Assembly (NCBI GenBank): GCA_030018435.1
Contig: JASEEY010000001.1
Span: 11,038-75,037 of the forward strand
DNA: 64,000 nt
From: Methanocellales archaeon
Lineage (GTDB): Archaea > Halobacteriota > UBA148 > JAUWXC01
Reading direction: 5' to 3'
This document shows, in pieces, positions 19,948 to 29,667 of the stretch. Position 1 is the first letter of the stretch, and every line of letters starts with the position of its first letter. A model generated the notes under the pieces. It saw only the letters and a program-made list of their open reading frames with translations, searched no databases and was not told where the DNA came from. Position numbers and translations under genes: made by a program.

Positions 19948-20584
19948 GATCTGCTTTTGTCGCGTCACAAAAGGTATCCCAGTTTAAGGTGGTAGAGACA
20001 CACCCATCCCTGTCTAATAATATGCCAATGGCTGGTACGCCAAACCGATGGCATAGCTCCAATCCACCTTTGACCTCGGGAATGCATCCCACGCCCAAAA
20101 TCGCTTCTGGTTTATATTCTTTGATCATTCGCTTGATGAAACTCGATCCAGGGACAATGAAAACCATGTATCCCATTTCCTCTAAAATTTTCTTCGTCCC
20201 CCCGATATCACACTGACCACAATTTATGCACTGGATGCCCTCAGGGGAGAGTTTGGCCGGACAGTTTGTTGAGCGCAAACATTGTGGCAAAAATATCGCT
20301 TTCTTGTCAAAGGGCAAATTCTCAAATTGTTTCAACGAGATTTTGTTCTTTAACTGAACGATGACGTTATCCGCTATCGAATCATCTACGTTCAACAGTC
20401 GGAAAAACGCTTTGACAAAACCCTCTAAAACCAGTATACCGGAGAGCATCAGGTTTGGGAACGGGAAAAACCCCGTCTTGAAAGAGTGTGCAATCAAAAT
20501 CGCGATGACAACAGTTGCTACCAGGAGTATTGCAAACAAGTAGACGACGATTTGTCCGATTATCGGGTAAAAGGACTCAAGCAT
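19925..20584 (-). CDS. DUF116-family membrane protein
   Basis: N-terminal TM helices plus C-terminal Cys-rich LPQCLRSTNCP...CINCGQCDIGG, typical of archaeal DUF116. Confidence 0.55.
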   Translation of the reverse strand: MLESFYPIIGQIVVYLFAILLVATVVIAILIAHSFKTGFFPFPNLMLSGILVLEGFVKAFFRLLNVDDSIADNVIVQLKNKISLKQFENLPFDKKAIFLPQCLRSTNCPAKLSPEGIQCINCGQCDIGGTKKILEEMGYMVFIVPGSSFIKRMIKEYKPEAILGVGCIPEVKGGLELCHRFGVPAIGILLDRDGCVSTTLNWDTFCDATKADLMRRPRS

Positions 20585-20648
20585 GCTACTAACGTCTAAA
20601 CCATTTTAGAAGCATTTATAGTTTGTCAGCACATCAAACTCATAGATT

Positions 20649-21476
20649 ATGTGCAGGATAGTTGCCAAAAAAGAGCTTGCTCCGACCGTTAAATCGCTCA
20701 CGATAGATGCCCCTCTGATTGCTAAGAAAGCCAGACCAGGACAATTCATAATTATCAGGATAGATGAGAAAGGGGAGAGAATTCCTCTAACGATTGCTGA
20801 CTTGGATGTTCTGCAGGGAACGATAACGACCATTTTTCTGGAGGTTGGCAAGACCACCAAGCATTTGGGAAGTTTAAATGATGGGGATGTGCTAGCGGAT
20901 TTAGCAGGCCCGCTGGGAAAACCAACTGAGATCAAAAAATATGGTAAGGTGATCTGCGTCGGCGGTGGTGTAGGAGTGGCTCCACTCTATTTAGAGGCCA
21001 AGGCCTTGAAAGACGCTGGTAATAAAGTCATTTCCATCATAGGGGCCAGGACCAAAGAATTGCTGATTCTCGAAAAGGAGATGCGACGAATAAGCGACGA
21101 ACTTTATATTACAACAGATGATGGCTCTAGGGGGCATCACGGCTTTGTTACGGATGTTTTGCAAGGGCTAATCACAAAGCAAAAGATCGACATGGTCTTA
21201 GCAATAGGGCCGACTGTGATGATGAAGGCGGTCGCAAAGATGACAAAAAACTACAACATAAAAACTATTGTCAGCCTGAATCCGATCATGGTGGACGGGA
21301 CTGGGATGTGCGGCACTTGCAGGGTTACGGTTGGTGGTGAGACGAAATTCACGTGCGTGGACGGTCCTGAATTTGACGCTCATCTTGTTGATTTTGAAGA
21401 ACTGATGAACAGGCAGCGAACGTATCTTGAGGAGGAAAAGGTGGCATTGGAGAGGTGGGAAAGGTGTCATCACTGA
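20649..21476 (+). CDS. nfnA: NfnA/SudB-like FAD/[2Fe-2S] subunit (PyrK family)
   Basis: PyrK-like FAD/NAD domain with C-terminal CGTCRV...C cluster. Overlaps the next gene by 22 nt. Confidence 0.8.
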   Translation: MCRIVAKKELAPTVKSLTIDAPLIAKKARPGQFIIIRIDEKGERIPLTIADLDVLQGTITTIFLEVGKTTKHLGSLNDGDVLADLAGPLGKPTEIKKYGKVICVGGGVGVAPLYLEAKALKDAGNKVISIIGARTKELLILEKEMRRISDELYITTDDGSRGHHGFVTDVLQGLITKQKIDMVLAIGPTVMMKAVAKMTKNYNIKTIVSLNPIMVDGTGMCGTCRVTVGGETKFTCVDGPEFDAHLVDFEELMNRQRTYLEEEKVALERWERCHH

Positions 21477-22840
21477 AGAAGCAACCAATGCCAGAGCAAG
21501 AGCCCGAGAAGCGCATCCGCAATTTTGATGAAGTGGCATTAGGTTACGGCGCAGGGCAGGTTGTTTCAGAGGCAAAAAGATGTCTGCAATGTGCGAAACC
21601 GGGATGTGTACAGGGATGCCCTGTTGGAATTGATATTCCTGCGTTTGTTAAGTGCATTGCCGAGGAGAATTTTGATGGTGCGATCGAAGTCATCAAAAAG
21701 AAAAACAATCTACCGGCAATCTGCGGTCGCGTGTGTCCATACGAGGATCAGTGTGAGAAGTTTTGCGTGCTGGGCAAAAAAGGAGAGCCGGTGGGAATTG
21801 GTCGACTTGAGAGATTCGTGGCAGATGATGAAAGGAAAAAAGGTATGAGAGTTCCAGAAAAAGCAAACGCATCAAGCAAAAAAGTGGCAATCGTTGGCTC
21901 TGGGCCTGCTGGGCTTACAGTAGCAGCAGATTTGGCTAAACTTGGACATGATGTTATCATATATGAGGCGTTGCACAAACCCGGCGGCGTGCTCGTGTAC
22001 GGCATCCCGGAGTTCAGGCTGCCAAAGGAAATAGTTGGGGCTGAGATCGAGTACGTAAAGCAATTGGGCGTTGTCATTCAGACAGATGTGGTCATCGGTA
22101 AAACGATCACGATAGATGAACTTAGAGGAGAATTCGATGCCATATTTATCGGAACGGGTGCAGGTCTGCCGCACTTCATGAATATACCAGGTGAGAACCT
22201 CTGTGGCATCTATTCCTCCAATGAATTCCTAATCAGAACGAATTTGATGCGAGCGTATAAGTTTCCGGAGTATGATACGCCGATCAAGGTTGGCAAGAAG
22301 GTAGCAGTTGTAGGCGCGGGCAACGTCGCCATGGATTCGGCGAGAGTTGCCTTACGATTGGGCGCAAAAGATGTGTTCATCGTGTACAGAAGGTCAGAAA
22401 AGGAGATGCCTGCAAGGGCGGAGGAGATTGCACATGCTAAAGAAGAGGGCATTATGTTTAAGGTCCTCACCAATCCGATAAGAATGGTTGGCGATGAGAA
22501 CGGCTGGGTGAAGAAGTTGGAATGCGTAAGAATGAAATTGGGGGAGTCGGACAAAACTGGGCGAAGGAGGCCGATTCCAATAAAAGGATCAAAGTTTGCA
22601 CTGGATGCTGATACCGTAGTCGTCGCAATAGGACAAAAACCAAATCCGCTGATTGCAAAAACGACGAAAGGATTGCGAATCACAGAACAGGGTACCATTT
22701 GGGCTGATAAGAATGGCAAAACATCCATGGAAGGCATATTCGCCGGAGGAGACATCACTACAGGAACCGCAACGGTAATCGAAGCCATGGGCGCAGGAAA
22801 AAGAGCTGCAATGGCGATTCATGAATATATCTCGCAATGA
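21455..22840 (+). CDS. nfnB: NfnB/SudA-like glutamate synthase small-chain homolog (NADPH oxidoreductase)
   Basis: Two Cys clusters (CLQCAKPGC...C), VAIVGSGPAGL and VAVVGAGNVAMD dinucleotide motifs. 461 aa. Confidence 0.85.
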   Translation: MGKVSSLKKQPMPEQEPEKRIRNFDEVALGYGAGQVVSEAKRCLQCAKPGCVQGCPVGIDIPAFVKCIAEENFDGAIEVIKKKNNLPAICGRVCPYEDQCEKFCVLGKKGEPVGIGRLERFVADDERKKGMRVPEKANASSKKVAIVGSGPAGLTVAADLAKLGHDVIIYEALHKPGGVLVYGIPEFRLPKEIVGAEIEYVKQLGVVIQTDVVIGKTITIDELRGEFDAIFIGTGAGLPHFMNIPGENLCGIYSSNEFLIRTNLMRAYKFPEYDTPIKVGKKVAVVGAGNVAMDSARVALRLGAKDVFIVYRRSEKEMPARAEEIAHAKEEGIMFKVLTNPIRMVGDENGWVKKLECVRMKLGESDKTGRRRPIPIKGSKFALDADTVVVAIGQKPNPLIAKTTKGLRITEQGTIWADKNGKTSMEGIFAGGDITTGTATVIEAMGAGKRAAMAIHEYISQ

Positions 22841-23442
22841 AGATGATGGACATTTACAACGAACTTCTGGAGAAGTTAGGCAAGCAAAAATGGTGGCCTG
22901 CAAAAACTCCTTTTGAGGTCGTGGTTGGCGCCATACTAACACAGCGCACAAAGTGGGAGAACGTGGCAAAGGCGATTCACGAACTTAAAAAGAACGATTT
23001 ATTGAGTCCTGATGCACTGTCCAGCGTGGATAAAAGCACGTTAGAGTCGCTGATCAAATGCACCGGATTTTACAAACAGAAGGCAGAGCGCCTGCAAGCC
23101 GTCTCGAAATATTTCGCGAAGAATGATTTATCTTCGCTTGCTGAAAAGTCAACTAGAGCTCTTCGTAATGAGTTGCTCTCGCTAAAAGGCATCGGAAAGG
23201 AGACAGCGGATAGCATTTTGCTCTATGCGCTGAACAGGTCAAAGTTCGTCATAGACGCATACACGGTGCGAATTTGCAAATGCCTGGGCATATCAGGAGG
23301 GTATGATCACCTGCAGGAGAGATTTGAGAGTGCGCTACCCAAAGATGTCGCGCTCTTCAAGGAGTTTCACGCGTTGCTCGTGGAATATGGGAAGCAATAT
23401 TGTAATAAAAATAGATGTGAGGAGTGCGTTCTCAAATGTTAA
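22837..23442 (+). CDS. HhH-GPD base-excision DNA glycosylase (EndoIII family)
   Basis: LLSLKGIGKETADSILLYAL helix-hairpin-helix, catalytic Asp region IDAYTVRI, C-terminal CNKNRCEECVLKC cluster. Confidence 0.7.
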   Translation: MKMMDIYNELLEKLGKQKWWPAKTPFEVVVGAILTQRTKWENVAKAIHELKKNDLLSPDALSSVDKSTLESLIKCTGFYKQKAERLQAVSKYFAKNDLSSLAEKSTRALRNELLSLKGIGKETADSILLYALNRSKFVIDAYTVRICKCLGISGGYDHLQERFESALPKDVALFKEFHALLVEYGKQYCNKNRCEECVLKC

Positions 23443-24536
23443 AAAGTATGCATAAAAACGTTGCCTGCGCAATTGTGTTTCTACTCATAATCGCCTCTTG
23501 TAGTGGCTGTATTATGCCTGAAATAAAAACGATGCCAACATCAACACCCGCCCCCACTGCTTCGCCAGCAACAGCAACGCCAACCATGACACCCATACCA
23601 GTAGGAGAAATCGCCCCGCCTGCGCAGTCCACAGAAATTATCAAAAGGCATTACGAATGGAAGTATGACGGAACAACTTGGACGTTAGACTTGAGCATAC
23701 CCGAAGCTCTATATGAGCACTACAGAAACAAACCAAGACCTACAACCACTGACTATTCTGTTTATGTTACCGATCCTTATGACGACCACTATCTAGAGAC
23801 ATTAGCAGAAAAATTCGAAGAAATCGCAAACACGCAAAAATATGATCGGTACGAGGAGGCTTGCTTCGTGCTGTCATTTGTGCAGGATCTTCCATATGCT
23901 ACTGACGATATAACTACGCCTTTTGACGAGTATCCGAGATACCCCATCGAAACCTTGGTTGATATGACCGGAGATTGCGAAGATACTTCGATATTAGCAG
24001 CGGCATTGCTCGACATGATAGGCTATGATATCGTGTTGATTGAGCTGCCTAACCACATGGCACTCGGAATCGCTGGTGGAGAGGAATTTTATGGCACATA
24101 TTACCTTGACAACGGAACAGAGTATTTCTACGCGGAAACAACAGGTGCCGGCTGGGAGATTGGCGTAATCCCAGATGAGCATAAATATACCTCTGCCATC
24201 CTGCACCATCTCATCTCAAAGCCGATACTTACGCACAGCTGGAATGCCACGAGAACGCGGACCATTTTCACTGACACAATTACATTAGTGGTAAGAGTTG
24301 AAAATGTTGGCACCGCCCTTGCGACCAATGCCAAGGTTGTAGCAGGATTTGATGCCGGAGATGGTAAATGGTACAATCCAGAAGAGAGCAGTGCGTTCGA
24401 CCTGGACATCAACGAGTATGCAAACGCGACGCTAACATTGAACACTCCGCGAAACAAATACACAAGACTTGTCATCTACATACTCTACGATGGACAAGTG
24501 GTTGATAAAAGTACATCCGTATGGTTCCAGACATGA
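23424..24536 (+). CDS. lipoprotein with Thr/Pro-rich linker and transglutaminase-like cysteine protease core
   Basis: Signal/lipobox-like ...IIASCSGC. TPAPTASPATATPTMTP linker. GDCEDTSILAAALLDMIGYD...NHMALG is a Cys-His core. Confidence 0.55.
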   Translation: MRSQMLKSMHKNVACAIVFLLIIASCSGCIMPEIKTMPTSTPAPTASPATATPTMTPIPVGEIAPPAQSTEIIKRHYEWKYDGTTWTLDLSIPEALYEHYRNKPRPTTTDYSVYVTDPYDDHYLETLAEKFEEIANTQKYDRYEEACFVLSFVQDLPYATDDITTPFDEYPRYPIETLVDMTGDCEDTSILAAALLDMIGYDIVLIELPNHMALGIAGGEEFYGTYYLDNGTEYFYAETTGAGWEIGVIPDEHKYTSAILHHLISKPILTHSWNATRTRTIFTDTITLVVRVENVGTALATNAKVVAGFDAGDGKWYNPEESSAFDLDINEYANATLTLNTPRNKYTRLVIYILYDGQVVDKSTSVWFQT

Positions 24537-24581
24537 CCGAAAAACATAATGAACAAGAAGTCTATTTAAAATACGAAGTGT

Positions 24582-25544
24582 ATGACCAAAACCCAATTCA
24601 TCAAGGACCTAAAAAGTGGAGATATCGTAGATAGCACCTTTGCGGTCAAATACAAAAAGCCACCAAAGACGTATACATCCGGTTTCTCTTTTGAGTTCAG
24701 AGCCAGCGATAAAACAGGCGAGATGACGGCAAAGTACTGGGGTGATAGGAACGAGACTGGTGTAAAAGAGGTCTACGAAAGATTTCAGACGGGCGATGTC
24801 ATCCACATCACCGGCAGGGTTGGCGAGTTCAAGGATAAGTTGGAGATGGCGCTGGATACCACGAGCACCTTGAGAAGGTGTGCATCAACCGAATACGACA
24901 TCGAGGACTTCGTGGCAAAGACTGATAAAAACGTGGAATCCATGATGGGCGAACTCATGAGTATAATCAATTCCATCAAGAACCCGCACCTGAGCGCATT
25001 GCTGAACTCATTTTTCCATGACACAAATTTCGTCGAGAAATTCAAACGCTGCCCTGGTTCTATGCACAGGCATCAGAATTACATTGGTGGTTTGCTAGAA
25101 CACACGCTGAATGTGGTTAAACTATGCAACACGATGTATGCCGTACATCCCTCGCTGGATAGAGACCTGCTTCTGACCGGTGCGATACTCCATGATATAG
25201 GGAAGACAAGGGAGTATGCTGTAACGACGAGTATCGATGTTTCCGAAGAAGGAATGTTGATAGGTCACCTGGTCATAGGAGAACAAATGGTGCTGGATAG
25301 AATTAAGATGCTTGAGAACTTTCCCGAAGTTCTCAGGATGAAGGTAGCGCACATCATGCTGAGCCATCACGGATTAAACGAGTACGGGTCGCCGAAAAAT
25401 CCGCAGTTTCCAGAGGCGTTCGCGATCTATTATGCAGACGAATGCGATGCCAAGGTGGATCTCTGCATCAGGCTGAAAAAAGAGGCGGAGACGGAAGACC
25501 CCTGGGTTTATACAAAGGATTTCAAGCATATATATCTGCGATAA
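24582..25544 (+). CDS. OB-fold plus HD-domain nuclease (YhaM/CBF-like 3'-5' exonuclease family)
   Basis: N-terminal OB-like region. HD motifs: HTLNV...HDIGK...HHG...D. Confidence 0.7.
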   Translation: MTKTQFIKDLKSGDIVDSTFAVKYKKPPKTYTSGFSFEFRASDKTGEMTAKYWGDRNETGVKEVYERFQTGDVIHITGRVGEFKDKLEMALDTTSTLRRCASTEYDIEDFVAKTDKNVESMMGELMSIINSIKNPHLSALLNSFFHDTNFVEKFKRCPGSMHRHQNYIGGLLEHTLNVVKLCNTMYAVHPSLDRDLLLTGAILHDIGKTREYAVTTSIDVSEEGMLIGHLVIGEQMVLDRIKMLENFPEVLRMKVAHIMLSHHGLNEYGSPKNPQFPEAFAIYYADECDAKVDLCIRLKKEAETEDPWVYTKDFKHIYLR

Positions 25545-25614
25545 AGCTCTGCAGTACTTGTGTTGCCTCGCTACGCTCGGTCACTTAAACATATCGAAAA
25601 GGAGAGCAAGAGAT

Positions 25615-26196
25615 ATGGAGGAAACTAGTACAACTACAAAATTAAATGAAACGCTAAAATCATTGGAAGAAACAATGGACGAACTAAAGGAGTTGGGGTA
25701 TCCAATAGGAAGAGTTAGATCAATTTATGGGGAGCTATATACCGCAAAGAAACTTATTGATTTACAGCCGCAAGTAGGTAGGGATAGAGAATATACAAGG
25801 GCAGATATCTATTTAAGCAAGATATGTAAGTTGGTAGAAGTTAAGTCATGTGAAAAAAATAAGATGACCGAGAATGCTACTTGGGTGTGGACTTTTGGAG
25901 AAAAACAAATAACAAAATTTGATTACGCCGTTCTCATAGGTTTCGGGGAAAATTCTTTTGATATTGAAAAAGTGTTCGTTCTAAGCCATAATGAACTGGA
26001 GGGTTGGCCCGTAAGAAAAGATAATGTAAGGAAAAAAGGGACAGTGTATATCTCTTATTATGATAATTTCGAGGATTATGAAAAAGATGTAGAAGAAGAT
26101 GTAAAAAAAGGTGTAAAAAACGCAGAGATAGAAATTGAAAAAGAATTAAATAAATATTCCGAAAAATTTGAAAATAGATGGGACAAAATTAGATAA
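25615..26196 (+). CDS. PD-(D/E)xK nuclease-fold protein, Hjc-like core with acidic C-terminal tail; AT-rich gene
   Basis: ADIYL...LVEVKS matches the D...ExK catalytic pattern of Hjc and restriction-endonuclease folds. AGGAGA RBS before ATG 25615. Local GC is well below the window average. Confidence 0.5.
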   Translation: MEETSTTTKLNETLKSLEETMDELKELGYPIGRVRSIYGELYTAKKLIDLQPQVGRDREYTRADIYLSKICKLVEVKSCEKNKMTENATWVWTFGEKQITKFDYAVLIGFGENSFDIEKVFVLSHNELEGWPVRKDNVRKKGTVYISYYDNFEDYEKDVEEDVKKGVKNAEIEIEKELNKYSEKFENRWDKIR

Positions 26197-26318
26197 CAAA
26201 AAGACTCGCTTCGTTCGCCCAAATCCTGCTTTGTAGGACTTCATATATGCTCGAGACTTTATGCGAAATCGTAGAGACAGATATACCTTTATAAAGCTGG
26301 AATCGAAATAAGAACAAG

Positions 26319-26534
26319 ATGAGACAAATAAAAATAATAGTTGAAAAACATCCAGAGGGATACGTAGCATATCCCCTTGGATTAAAAGGCGTGGTGGTCG
26401 GAGAAGGTGATACCTACGAGGAGGCGCTCGCAGATGTAAAGTCAGCTATCAAATTCCATATGGAAACTTTTGGAAAAGAGGCTCTTGAAACGAAAGAGAT
26501 CATAGAAACCTTTGTTGCAGAAGTGGCAGTGTAA
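26319..26534 (+). CDS. hicB: HicB-family antitoxin
   Basis: 71 aa with HicB/UPF0150-like layout (MRQIKIIVEKHPEGYVAYPLGLKGVVVGEGDTYEEALADVKSAI). Confidence 0.7.
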   Translation: MRQIKIIVEKHPEGYVAYPLGLKGVVVGEGDTYEEALADVKSAIKFHMETFGKEALETKEIIETFVAEVAV

Positions 26535-26535
26535 T

Positions 26536-26772
26536 ATGAAATTTCCAAAAGATGCACCAAAACGCAAGGTCATAAAAACTTTTGAAAAACTGGGATTTAA
26601 AATCGTAAGAGTGGGAAATCACATTTCGATGGTTAGAGAAAATCCAGATGGTAGCAAAACACCCTTAACCATGCCAAACCATGAGAGAATAAAAGGCTCT
26701 ACCTTAAGAACGATTTGTAGGCAATCTGGAATACCAAGAGAGAAGTTTTTAAAAATCTATGGGAGCGTATAA
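26536..26772 (+). CDS. hicA: HicA-family mRNA interferase toxin
   Basis: MKFPKDAPKRKVIKTFEKLGFKIVRVGNHISMVRENPDGSKTPLTMPNHERIKGSTLRTICRQSGIP has the YcfA/HicA signature. It follows hicB after 1 nt. Confidence 0.75.
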   Translation: MKFPKDAPKRKVIKTFEKLGFKIVRVGNHISMVRENPDGSKTPLTMPNHERIKGSTLRTICRQSGIPREKFLKIYGSV

Positions 26773-26803
26773 AGTTACAACTTTGTTTATCGTAAAATTC
26801 AAA

Positions 26804-27889
26804 TCACTTCTCCATCACAAGCGTAACAACATCCTCATCCAGCAAAACATGCTCAAGACCTACCCTTTGCCCTTCGTATTTTACGGATTTCCCCCATACC
26901 AGGGCGTACCTGAACTTTTGCCTTGCATCCCTGTGGATGCGAGCGCATACCTCGCTGACGGTTGCGCCTTCTTTGAGAATCAGCGGCTCTTCTTTGTCGG
27001 GTGGGCTACCAGGCCGTTTCATGTATATGCGGATGAACTCCAACCTGTCAAAAATAGCATTCCTGAGTTCATCAAGACCCCAGCCGTTCTCTGCGGAAAT
27101 CAGGATGGCGCCCTCCGGAATTGCCAGACCCTTTAGAGCCTTATTATCCACTAAATCCAACTTGTTCACCACTATCAATGCAGGCACATACTTTCTATTT
27201 GCCATAATCGCATCGATGAGTTGGTCCAGCGTTATGCTCTCACGAATAAGCACATCAGCATTATGGATTTTATGCTCATTTAATATGGAACGCATCGTCG
27301 CCTCATCGATATCGCATTCCACCGTTTTGCTGATGGCGAGGCCTCTCGTATTTTTTCGATGAATGGCGATGGCAGGAGGTGTTTCGTTGATGCGTACTCC
27401 TGCATCATGCAGTTCCTTTTTAATCACATTTAGATGGTCTGGATGGAAAACATCGGTGATCAGCAATAAGAGGTCTGCGTTTCGAATAACTGACAGTACC
27501 TCCCTCCCTCGCCCTTTGCCGGCGGCAGCGCCTTCGATCAGGCCGGGGATGTCAAGCAGCTGTATATGCGCCCCCGTATGGACAAATGCCCCAGGGATGA
27601 CTTTCAGTGTGGTAAAATCGTAGTCAGCAACTGGAGACTGCGCATTGGTGAGTTTGTTGAGCAGTGTCGATTTCCCAACAGAGGGAAAACCTACTAAGAT
27701 AACGGTAGCATCGCCGGATTTTTTGACTGAATAACCAGTTCCTTCGTGTTTCCCGGAAGATTTTTGAAGCTCATCCCTCAACCTGGCCAGCTTCGCCTTT
27801 AATCGACCAATATGAAGTTGTGTCGCCTTATTATAGGGAGTTTTCCGAATCTCATCCTCGATTGCTTTGATATCATCTTCGATGCCCAT
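26804..27889 (-). CDS. Obg/DRG-family GTPase with C-terminal TGS domain
   Basis: GFPSVGKSTLLN, DIPGLIEGA, NKLD and a TGS-like C-terminus. 361 aa. Confidence 0.85.
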   Translation of the reverse strand: MGIEDDIKAIEDEIRKTPYNKATQLHIGRLKAKLARLRDELQKSSGKHEGTGYSVKKSGDATVILVGFPSVGKSTLLNKLTNAQSPVADYDFTTLKVIPGAFVHTGAHIQLLDIPGLIEGAAAGKGRGREVLSVIRNADLLLLITDVFHPDHLNVIKKELHDAGVRINETPPAIAIHRKNTRGLAISKTVECDIDEATMRSILNEHKIHNADVLIRESITLDQLIDAIMANRKYVPALIVVNKLDLVDNKALKGLAIPEGAILISAENGWGLDELRNAIFDRLEFIRIYMKRPGSPPDKEEPLILKEGATVSEVCARIHRDARQKFRYALVWGKSVKYEGQRVGLEHVLLDEDVVTLVMEK

Positions 27890-27916
27890 GGACGCCCGCC
27901 CTAATAAAAATTGTAA

Positions 27917-28348
27917 CTACCCTTGCCGTTGTACAACCCCGGTGTTCACGAGGAGTTGCTTTTTGGCACCCGTGTTTTTGTCCCTGACCTCGACTAAATA
28001 TACGTCAGGATATTTAGATACTATGTACTCCATCCAGACGTTGAAGAGTTCGCTGTATTCTGGAAGTTTGCTGGATCCTCTCCTAGCTCTAAGCTCATTG
28101 ACATGGTGCATGAAGTCAACCATGGACATGCGCGCAACACCTGATTTGTAGCCTATATTATCTGACCACCATTTAGGCAGCTCTGCCTCCATCTCCTCTA
28201 TGAATCCTCCAGGTGGCAGTTTCCTTTTGATGTCGTCGATAATATTGATGTCGTAATCTTTCGCACTTTCTTCATTTATTCCAAAATAACATTTCGCTGC
28301 AAGAAATGCCAAATCGTTGTCACTCATCTTGTTAGTCGTCTTTTTCAT
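27917..28348 (-). CDS. hypothetical protein (143 aa)
   Basis: ORF with normal codon usage. No recognised motifs. Confidence 0.4.
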   Translation of the reverse strand: MKKTTNKMSDNDLAFLAAKCYFGINEESAKDYDINIIDDIKRKLPPGGFIEEMEAELPKWWSDNIGYKSGVARMSMVDFMHHVNELRARRGSSKLPEYSELFNVWMEYIVSKYPDVYLVEVRDKNTGAKKQLLVNTGVVQRQG

Positions 28349-28420
28349 ACAATATATAAATGGGTCTCTTGATACATTAACCTCTCGTTTTATTATATCC
28401 GATGACGAAACAGAGAGACG

Positions 28421-28873
28421 ATGCAGATAGCCGTAATTGGAAGTGAAGAGGCTTCAGAAGAGCTCAAATGCACAGCAAAGGAGGTTGGTCGGCTCATTGC
28501 AAAGAGTGGAGCCGCTTTGCTCTGCGGGGGGCTCGGTGGAGTGATGGAATACGCCGCTCTTGGGGCGAGAGAGGCTGGCGGCCAGACTGTCGGCATTCTG
28601 CCGGGAGTTAATAGGCGAGAGGCAAATCCTTACATCGACATAGCGATAGCAACTGGAATGGATCACGCCAGAAACGTCATTCTCGTACGGTCGTCAGATG
28701 CTGTCATAGCGGTCGGCGGAGGATACGGCACCTTATCTGAGATCGCGCTTGCATTGAAGATGAAGAAGCCAGTAGTAGCCATAAAAGGCGGCTGGGAAAT
28801 CGATGGCGTGATGGTCGCTAGAGATGCAACAGAAGCGGTAAGACTCGCCATTGAACGCATAAAAAGTTTATAA
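28421..28873 (+). CDS. LOG/TIGR00725-family Rossmann-fold protein
   Basis: IAVIGSEEA...LLCGGLGGVMEYAALGAREAGGQTVGILPG...AVIAVGGGYGTLSEI matches the LOG-family pattern. Confidence 0.7.
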   Translation: MQIAVIGSEEASEELKCTAKEVGRLIAKSGAALLCGGLGGVMEYAALGAREAGGQTVGILPGVNRREANPYIDIAIATGMDHARNVILVRSSDAVIAVGGGYGTLSEIALALKMKKPVVAIKGGWEIDGVMVARDATEAVRLAIERIKSL

Positions 28874-29185
28874 CCTTGAGAGCCACCTGCTCAGAGGAAC
28901 GCAGTACTCCGAAACGCACTCCTCGGTGCAACCGCAGCATGGCGCAATCACGTCGTTCGCCATCAGCAATCCATGTCTGGACAGTATCCTGTAGGTCCTC
29001 CTACCGTTGGCTACTTCTGATTTCTTGTATACAAGCCCCTTTTGCTCCAGATTCGCTATAATTCTGGAGCACTTCCTGCTGTCGATGCCAAACTTTTTCC
29101 AGATATCGCTCTGAAGAGCTCCTTTTTGACGGGAGCTAATAAAGTCTAAAACCTTTTCCTCGAGCATCATCCCATCCTCACTCAT
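28868..29185 (-). CDS. winged-helix regulator with C-terminal Cys cluster (CCGCTEECVSEYC)
   Basis: wHTH-like SDIWKKFGIDSRKCSRIIANLEQKGLVYK. C-terminal PCCGCTEECVSEYCV is a putative metal or redox site. Confidence 0.5.
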   Translation of the reverse strand: MSEDGMMLEEKVLDFISSRQKGALQSDIWKKFGIDSRKCSRIIANLEQKGLVYKKSEVANGRRTYRILSRHGLLMANDVIAPCCGCTEECVSEYCVPLSRWLSRL

Positions 29186-29402
29186 TAACAGGGTTGATGA
29201 GAATGATGTTATTTCCCCGCACGATGACCGAGCCTAGTGTCCTTGACTTCTCGCCGTTGATGATTTCGGTCGTGTTCACAAGATGTAAGTTCAAATAATC
29301 ATCTACACTTTCCAATACACCCTCAAGAATGCTTTCTTCGCCCTTCATTTCGACCTGGATCTTTGTGCCAACCAAACCCTGGACTTTCTTGCTAGGAAAC
29401 AA
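29178..29402 (-). CDS. Sm-like archaeal protein (SmAP)
   Basis: 74 aa with Sm1/Sm2 motifs (GTKIQVEMKGEESILEGVLESVDDYLNLHL...IVRGNNIILI). Confidence 0.8.
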   Translation of the reverse strand: MFPSKKVQGLVGTKIQVEMKGEESILEGVLESVDDYLNLHLVNTTEIINGEKSRTLGSVIVRGNNIILINPVNE

Positions 29403-29419
29403 AACAAATCCTCTCTTGC

Positions 29420-29659
29420 TTAGGGGCGTTCAATGCCTAAAAACTTTTTTGCCCTTTCGAGCATATCGCTCTTTAGCCCGATAAAGACTCCGCCTTCCTT
29501 GCCCGAACAAAATGTACTTTCACCAGGTCTTATGACCTTATTGATGTCTGGATGTTCGATGTCGATGTGTATTATTCTGGACCTGGTGCTGGGGTCTTGT
29601 TTGTGGATATATACCTTCGCATTTTTCAACTCGATCTTGCTCTCAGCAGGGCCGGTCAT
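29420..29659 (-). CDS. hypothetical small protein (about 80 aa) co-oriented with the Sm gene
   Basis: The longest frame starts at 29668 and overlaps the tRNA-Gln 3' end by 1 nt. The second Met at 29659 avoids the overlap. Confidence 0.4.
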   Translation of the reverse strand: MTGPAESKIELKNAKVYIHKQDPSTRSRIIHIDIEHPDINKVIRPGESTFCSGKEGGVFIGLKSDMLERAKKFLGIERP

Positions 29660-29667
29660 TTTTACCA

